The position numbers and the translations under genes were made by a program. DNA of 64,000 bases from Minisyncoccota bacterium (GTDB lineage: Bacteria > Patescibacteriota > Minisyncoccia > Phycocordibacterales > Phycocordibacteraceae), in NCBI GenBank assembly GCA_041666305.1, contig JBAYHD010000003.1, positions 30,266 through 94,265 on the forward strand, read 5' to 3'. This document shows, one piece after another, positions 59,584 to 64,000 of this stretch. A model generated the notes under the pieces. It was not told where the DNA came from and ran no database searches. It was given only the letters and a program-made list of their open reading frames with translations. Numbering within the stretch: position 1 is the first letter of the stretch; each line of letters opens with the position of its first letter.

Positions 59584-59639
59584 GTGAGCCAAGTATAGCG
59601 AAAAATAGAAAATTTAGGAATTTATTGTATACTCTCCGT

Positions 59640-61565
59640 ATGGCAGTAACTCCAAAGAAGCCGAAAGGGAAGAAGGGCGGCGCGCCCAGCACGGCGCGCC
59701 GCGGCTGGCGCGCCGTGCTTGGCGGCCCGTCTTTTTTCGGGAACCTCGTCACGACCGTACTTATTTTCCTGTTACTGATGAGCATGTATTCGCTCGTCGC
59801 GAGTTTTTTCCAGCCGGCAAATGACATCCCACTTTCTGCCGTCGCAGCTGATGTTGAGGCAGGAAAGATAAGCACAATAACGGTGGACGGCGATTCGTTA
59901 AATCTCACCTATGCCGACGGTTCCACCAAAGTCTCGCGCAAAGATCCTTCATCCGGCTTACCTGAGACTTTGGCGACCTATGGCGTCACACCGGAAGAAC
60001 TTTCCAAAGTGGCGATTACGATACAAGGACAAGGCGGGTTCCAGTTCTGGTTCCTCACGCTCGCGCCCGTGCTTCTGCCGCTTCTTTTCATCGCCTTTCT
60101 TTTTTGGTTCCTCTCGCGACAGGTGAAGGGTGCCGGCATGCAGGCATTCAGCTTCGGTCAATCCAAAGCACGCGTCATTGATCCTGCGGATCTTTCCCAG
60201 CGTGTCACCTTTAAAGATGTTGCCGGTGCGCGCGAAGCAAAAGAAGAATTGCTTGAGATAGTGGACTTCCTCAAAAGTCCGAAGAAATTTTTGGATATTG
60301 GCGCACGCATCCCCAAAGGCATTATTCTCATGGGCGCGCCGGGCACCGGCAAGACGCTACTCGCGCGCGCGGTGGCCGGCGAAGCGGGCGTGCCGTTCTT
60401 TTCCATTTCGGGTTCTGAATTCGTGGAAATGTTCGTTGGTGTCGGCGCCAGCCGTGTACGCGACCTCTTCCAGCTCGCGAAGAAAGCTGCGCCCGCAATC
60501 ATTTTCGTGGACGAAATAGACGCGGTCGGTCGCGTGCGCGGGGCAGGGGTGGGTGGCGGCAACGATGAACGCGAACAAACGCTCAATCAGATACTTGTGG
60601 AGATGGACGGTTTCGAACCGACCGAGAAAGTGGTCGTGATGGCGGCAACAAACCGTCCCGACGTGCTTGACCCGGCACTCTTGCGCCCCGGTCGCTTTGA
60701 TCGACGCGTCACCATTGACTTGCCGGACCGCCGCGATCGCGAAGAGATATTGCAAATACACGCGCGTCAAAAGCCGCTCGGTCCGGATGTTGCACTTGCG
60801 GTTATTGCCGAGCGCACTCCGGGCTTCTCGGGCGCCGAGCTCTATTCGCTCATGAATGAGGGCGCGATACTTGCGGCACGCGAAAGTCGAAAAGAAGTAA
60901 CGCAATACGACCTCATCCGCTCCATTGAGAAAGTAATGCTTGGTCCGGAGAGGAAGAGCCATTTGCTGTCAAAAAAAGAAAAAGAGATTACCTCCTATCA
61001 CGAGGCCGGTCACGCGCTCGTTTCTTCGGTCTTGGAGCATGCCGATCCGGTGCACAAAATTTCCATCATCAGCCGCGGCCGCGCGGCGGGCTACACGCTC
61101 AAACTCCCATTCGAAGACCGAAAGATGCAATCGAAGAAACAATTTTTGGATGACATTGCGGCGACTCTTGGCGGCTACGTGGCGGAAGAAATGCTTTTTG
61201 ACGACGTCACGACCGGGCCCAGCAACGACCTCGCAGTCGTCACCGCCATTGCGCGCGAAATGGTCACGCGCTACGGCATGAGCGACAAGCTCGGCCCCAT
61301 TGCCTTCGGCGACCGCCAGATGGGGAACGAACCGTACTCGGAGCAAGTCGCGTCGCAGATAGATGCCGAAGTCTCTCGTATCATCGATGAAGCGAAGGCG
61401 CGCGCGAAGAAAGCCATCTCAGAGCATCGCGACGCGCTCAACGCAATCGCAAAAGAACTTATCGAAAAAGAAACGGTTGAGCGGGGCGATTTCGAAAGAA
61501 TATTAATTGCGAACGGCATCACGCCGAAAAAGCGCGAAGAAGAGGAAAGCGTTCTCTTGGTCTAG
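59640..61565 (+). CDS. ftsH: ATP-dependent zinc metalloprotease FtsH
   Basis: 2 TM segments; [18 protein letters not shown] and HEAGH motifs. Confidence 0.97.
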   Translation: MAVTPKKPKGKKGGAPSTARRGWRAVLGGPSFFGNLVTTVLIFLLLMSMYSLVASFFQPANDIPLSAVAADVEAGKISTITVDGDSLNLTYADGSTKVSRKDPSSGLPETLATYGVTPEELSKVAITIQGQGGFQFWFLTLAPVLLPLLFIAFLFWFLSRQVKGAGMQAFSFGQSKARVIDPADLSQRVTFKDVAGAREAKEELLEIVDFLKSPKKFLDIGARIPKGIILMGAPGTGKTLLARAVAGEAGVPFFSISGSEFVEMFVGVGASRVRDLFQLAKKAAPAIIFVDEIDAVGRVRGAGVGGGNDEREQTLNQILVEMDGFEPTEKVVVMAATNRPDVLDPALLRPGRFDRRVTIDLPDRRDREEILQIHARQKPLGPDVALAVIAERTPGFSGAELYSLMNEGAILAARESRKEVTQYDLIRSIEKVMLGPERKSHLLSKKEKEITSYHEAGHALVSSVLEHADPVHKISIISRGRAAGYTLKLPFEDRKMQSKKQFLDDIAATLGGYVAEEMLFDDVTTGPSNDLAVVTAIAREMVTRYGMSDKLGPIAFGDRQMGNEPYSEQVASQIDAEVSRIIDEAKARAKKAISEHRDALNAIAKELIEKETVERGDFERILIANGITPKKREEEESVLLV

Positions 61566-62254
61566 GGAAACAGGTTAAATTTAATGATCCACCAAAAAGC
61601 GGAAACACCGTCTTTCCAGCCGATTTTCTTGCCCTCTTTATAATTTCGTCCCGCATAGGAGATACCGACTTCATACATGCGGAAACTCTTCACGCGCGCG
61701 GTTATTTCCGGTTCGAGCCCGAAACGTCGCGAGACGAGTTTGTTTTTGATCGCATCAACAACCTCGCGCGTCATCATTTTGTAACAGGTCTCCATGTCGG
61801 TCAGGTTGAGGTTGGTGAACGCATTGGAAAAGGCGGTGAGAAAACGATTACCCAGATAATGCCAGTAGAACATGACGCGGTGCGGCCGGTTGGTCACGAG
61901 GCGCGATCCGTATACCACGTCCGCTCTGCCATCAAGAATGGGTTCGAGCAAAAGGGAATATTCATTCGGGTCGTACTCAAGGTCCGCATCTTGTATGACC
62001 ACAATGTCGCCCGTGGATTCTCGCATGCCGTCGATAACCGACGCTCCCTTGCCCTGATTCACCCTATGGGTTAAGACAGTATGCCTATCGGACCAGCGTT
62101 CGAGGATGGCGGCACTATTGTCCGTGGAACAATCATTGATCAAAATTATTTCTTTCGTTATTCCTTGCGGAAGTACCGCGTGTTCTACACGCTCAACGAG
62201 TTGAACGAGCGTTTTTTCTTCATTGTAGACCGGAATGATGACCGAAAGTTTCAT
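61562..62254 (-). CDS. GT2 glycosyltransferase (polyprenol-phosphate type)
   Basis: SVIIPVYNE, NDCSTD, QDADLEY and DMETCYK motifs. Confidence 0.92.
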   Translation of the reverse strand: MKLSVIIPVYNEEKTLVQLVERVEHAVLPQGITKEIILINDCSTDNSAAILERWSDRHTVLTHRVNQGKGASVIDGMRESTGDIVVIQDADLEYDPNEYSLLLEPILDGRADVVYGSRLVTNRPHRVMFYWHYLGNRFLTAFSNAFTNLNLTDMETCYKMMTREVVDAIKNKLVSRRFGLEPEITARVKSFRMYEVGISYAGRNYKEGKKIGWKDGVSAFWWIIKFNLFP

Positions 62255-63552
62255 ATGCTGGATTGTATGCCGTCCGCCTGCATTTTGCGAACCGACAATA
62301 GTTCGAACAGGCACTTGCAGAATAGCAGGAAGATGAACGGATATACCGGAATGAGCAGTCTGCTGTCGACAAATGCTCCACAGAGAGCGATGTAGAAAAT
62401 AATAAGGCCGATAAAAAATACATAGAACGGATCACGCCTGAAGACATACGCGCCGACAAAGATAGTGACGTACAACAATAGCCAGATTACGGTTCCAATA
62501 TTGGCAAAGAAATTCCCAATGCGTACGACAAAGGAAGGGGCATGTTTCGCTTCAAGGATGTTTTTGACGAAATAGTCATATCCGTTTTCGAGCGGCGCTT
62601 TCAGCATGGTCTTGGCGAAAAAGAGCGAGAAGCCCGCCGGGTGGCCCAGTATGATCTCTTTCGAATGCTCTTTGAAAAATGCCACGTCCTGGGGAGTTGT
62701 CACCAGCGTGCCGTCTTCGACGTATGCCGGGTCCACGGGAGGGGTCGGACAATCCAATGCGCTCTCTTTGCAAAAACCAAGCACGTTGCCCCAGTACATG
62801 TTGTACCAGCCGATAGACCCGAGGCTTGTTTCATTCCATATAATTTTGTTCCTCACAATCCACGGAACGAACAGTATTGCCATAATCAAGCATGAAATAA
62901 TATAGGGCCGGATCACGGAGAGGTTTTCCGATGTTTTATATTTTCTGTAGACCAGGAATATGATCCACGGCACCAAGAGATATAAACCGATCTCTCTGGT
63001 CAAAATGGCGAGCCCGCCGACGAGTCCCGCCCACATCGGTCTTTCTCGCAAAAAAAGATACATCGATAGAATGAACAGGAAAAGAAAGAACGTGTCGGAC
63101 ATGAGTAGTCCGCCCCAATACAGGGTCATCGGTTCGATGGTCATAAGTATGGCGGCGCCCAAGCCGATGCGTGCGGAATTGAACACCTGTTCTCCGATTC
63201 GTTTTACCAAAATGACCGTCACCGCATATAAGAAATACTGGATCGCCACTATCACGAACGGAGAGAACTTTAAAAAGAACAGAGCAGCCAGGAAAAAAGG
63301 ATAGAACGGCGTATGGAGCATGTCCGGATAAAATGGAGCATGAGACGCGATGCTGTACGTCCCGTACTGTAGGATATTTTCCGCTCCCCGTATGTAAAAA
63401 ACTTGAGCATCGCTGTACGCCGTAAATGCGTGCTGTCCGAATAATGCGAGCACAGGCAGTGCATACAACATCCTAATCCCGAACGCTGCTGCGCCGAGAA
63501 TCCACTCACGCGGAGTGAAAATAACAAGAACACGTTCGAGGGCGCTCTTCAT
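62251..63552 (-). CDS. GT-C (ArnT/PMT-like) membrane glycosyltransferase
   Basis: Multi-TM; TPFYPFFL and PWIVRN motifs; overlaps the GT2 gene by 4 nt. Confidence 0.75.
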   Translation of the reverse strand: MKSALERVLVIFTPREWILGAAAFGIRMLYALPVLALFGQHAFTAYSDAQVFYIRGAENILQYGTYSIASHAPFYPDMLHTPFYPFFLAALFFLKFSPFVIVAIQYFLYAVTVILVKRIGEQVFNSARIGLGAAILMTIEPMTLYWGGLLMSDTFFLFLFILSMYLFLRERPMWAGLVGGLAILTREIGLYLLVPWIIFLVYRKYKTSENLSVIRPYIISCLIMAILFVPWIVRNKIIWNETSLGSIGWYNMYWGNVLGFCKESALDCPTPPVDPAYVEDGTLVTTPQDVAFFKEHSKEIILGHPAGFSLFFAKTMLKAPLENGYDYFVKNILEAKHAPSFVVRIGNFFANIGTVIWLLLYVTIFVGAYVFRRDPFYVFFIGLIIFYIALCGAFVDSRLLIPVYPFIFLLFCKCLFELLSVRKMQADGIQSSI

Positions 63553-63646
63553 GAAGAATCAGCGTTAATATACCAAAAGCAGAAAGCTTTCACCAATAAA
63601 TAAGCCCCGGCACATGTCCGGGGCTCATGGTTTGCAAGGAGGAATC

Positions 63647-63949
63647 TTACGCCACAATTACTTTTTGCTTTTTGTCCGCGTTTTGCAGGCGGATCCAGAG
63701 TTCTTGCGGACCCGGCTTCGTAACTGCGTCCGTCTTTGCTTTCTTGGCGGGGTCGCGCGTGCGAGCCTTTTTCCCCTCACGTCCGCTCGCGGAGAGGTCC
63801 CGGTACGCATCGCGCAATTCGTTTACCTGCGCATCGCGTGAGGTGAAGCCGTCGTAGGTGCCGCAGGTATATGCGGCAACTATCGATAAGACCATAATGA
63901 TAAGGACTGCAATCGCTTCTGTGAGCGACAATTCAAACTGAAATTTCAT
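63647..63949 (-). CDS. hypothetical single-TM protein
   Basis: GGGAGG SD; terminator-like hairpin at 63603-63626. Confidence 0.6.
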   Translation of the reverse strand: MKFQFELSLTEAIAVLIIMVLSIVAAYTCGTYDGFTSRDAQVNELRDAYRDLSASGREGKKARTRDPAKKAKTDAVTKPGPQELWIRLQNADKKQKVIVA

Positions 63950-64000
63950 GCGAACCTCCCTTTGATTGAATGATTTGACAGGACGAACTGCGGGGAATCA

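Overview
Bacterial chromosome segment of about 54% GC by eye, using genetic code 11 (UGA stops, RF2 present). Gene content, many short orphan membrane or secreted proteins and pervasive leaderless starts suggest Patescibacteria/CPR, probably Parcubacteria; this is an inference. Housekeeping genes: prfB, ftsEX, pyrG, typA, ftsH, smpB with tmRNA, mscL, cfa, pyrF and a pyrE-like gene, and five tRNAs. Accessory content: a CsoR-CopA copper operon with an operator inside its promoter, HicBA and Doc toxin-antitoxin pairs, a REP-flanked Y1 transposase, a type IIS restriction-modification island (RadC-MTase fusion plus a DpnI-like gene), and a sortase with an LPxAG-tagged ice-binding-like protein. Best candidates for something new: (1) a 3,970-bp integrative rolling-circle element at tRNA-Gln, carrying an HUH Rep, a CTTGATA origin and a large serine recombinase whose attP lies inside its own gene; (2) a ~350-nt orphan structured RNA closed by a 16-bp terminal helix; (3) a ~210-bp structured non-coding insert that duplicates the tmRNA 3' end and carries an antisense copy of it; (4) several families of short palindromic elements, one inserted in frame into a duplicated typA start; (5) a split between leaderless core genes and orphan genes with strong Shine-Dalgarno sequences. 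No CRISPR array or rRNA was seen. All product calls come from motif recognition; no database searches were run.
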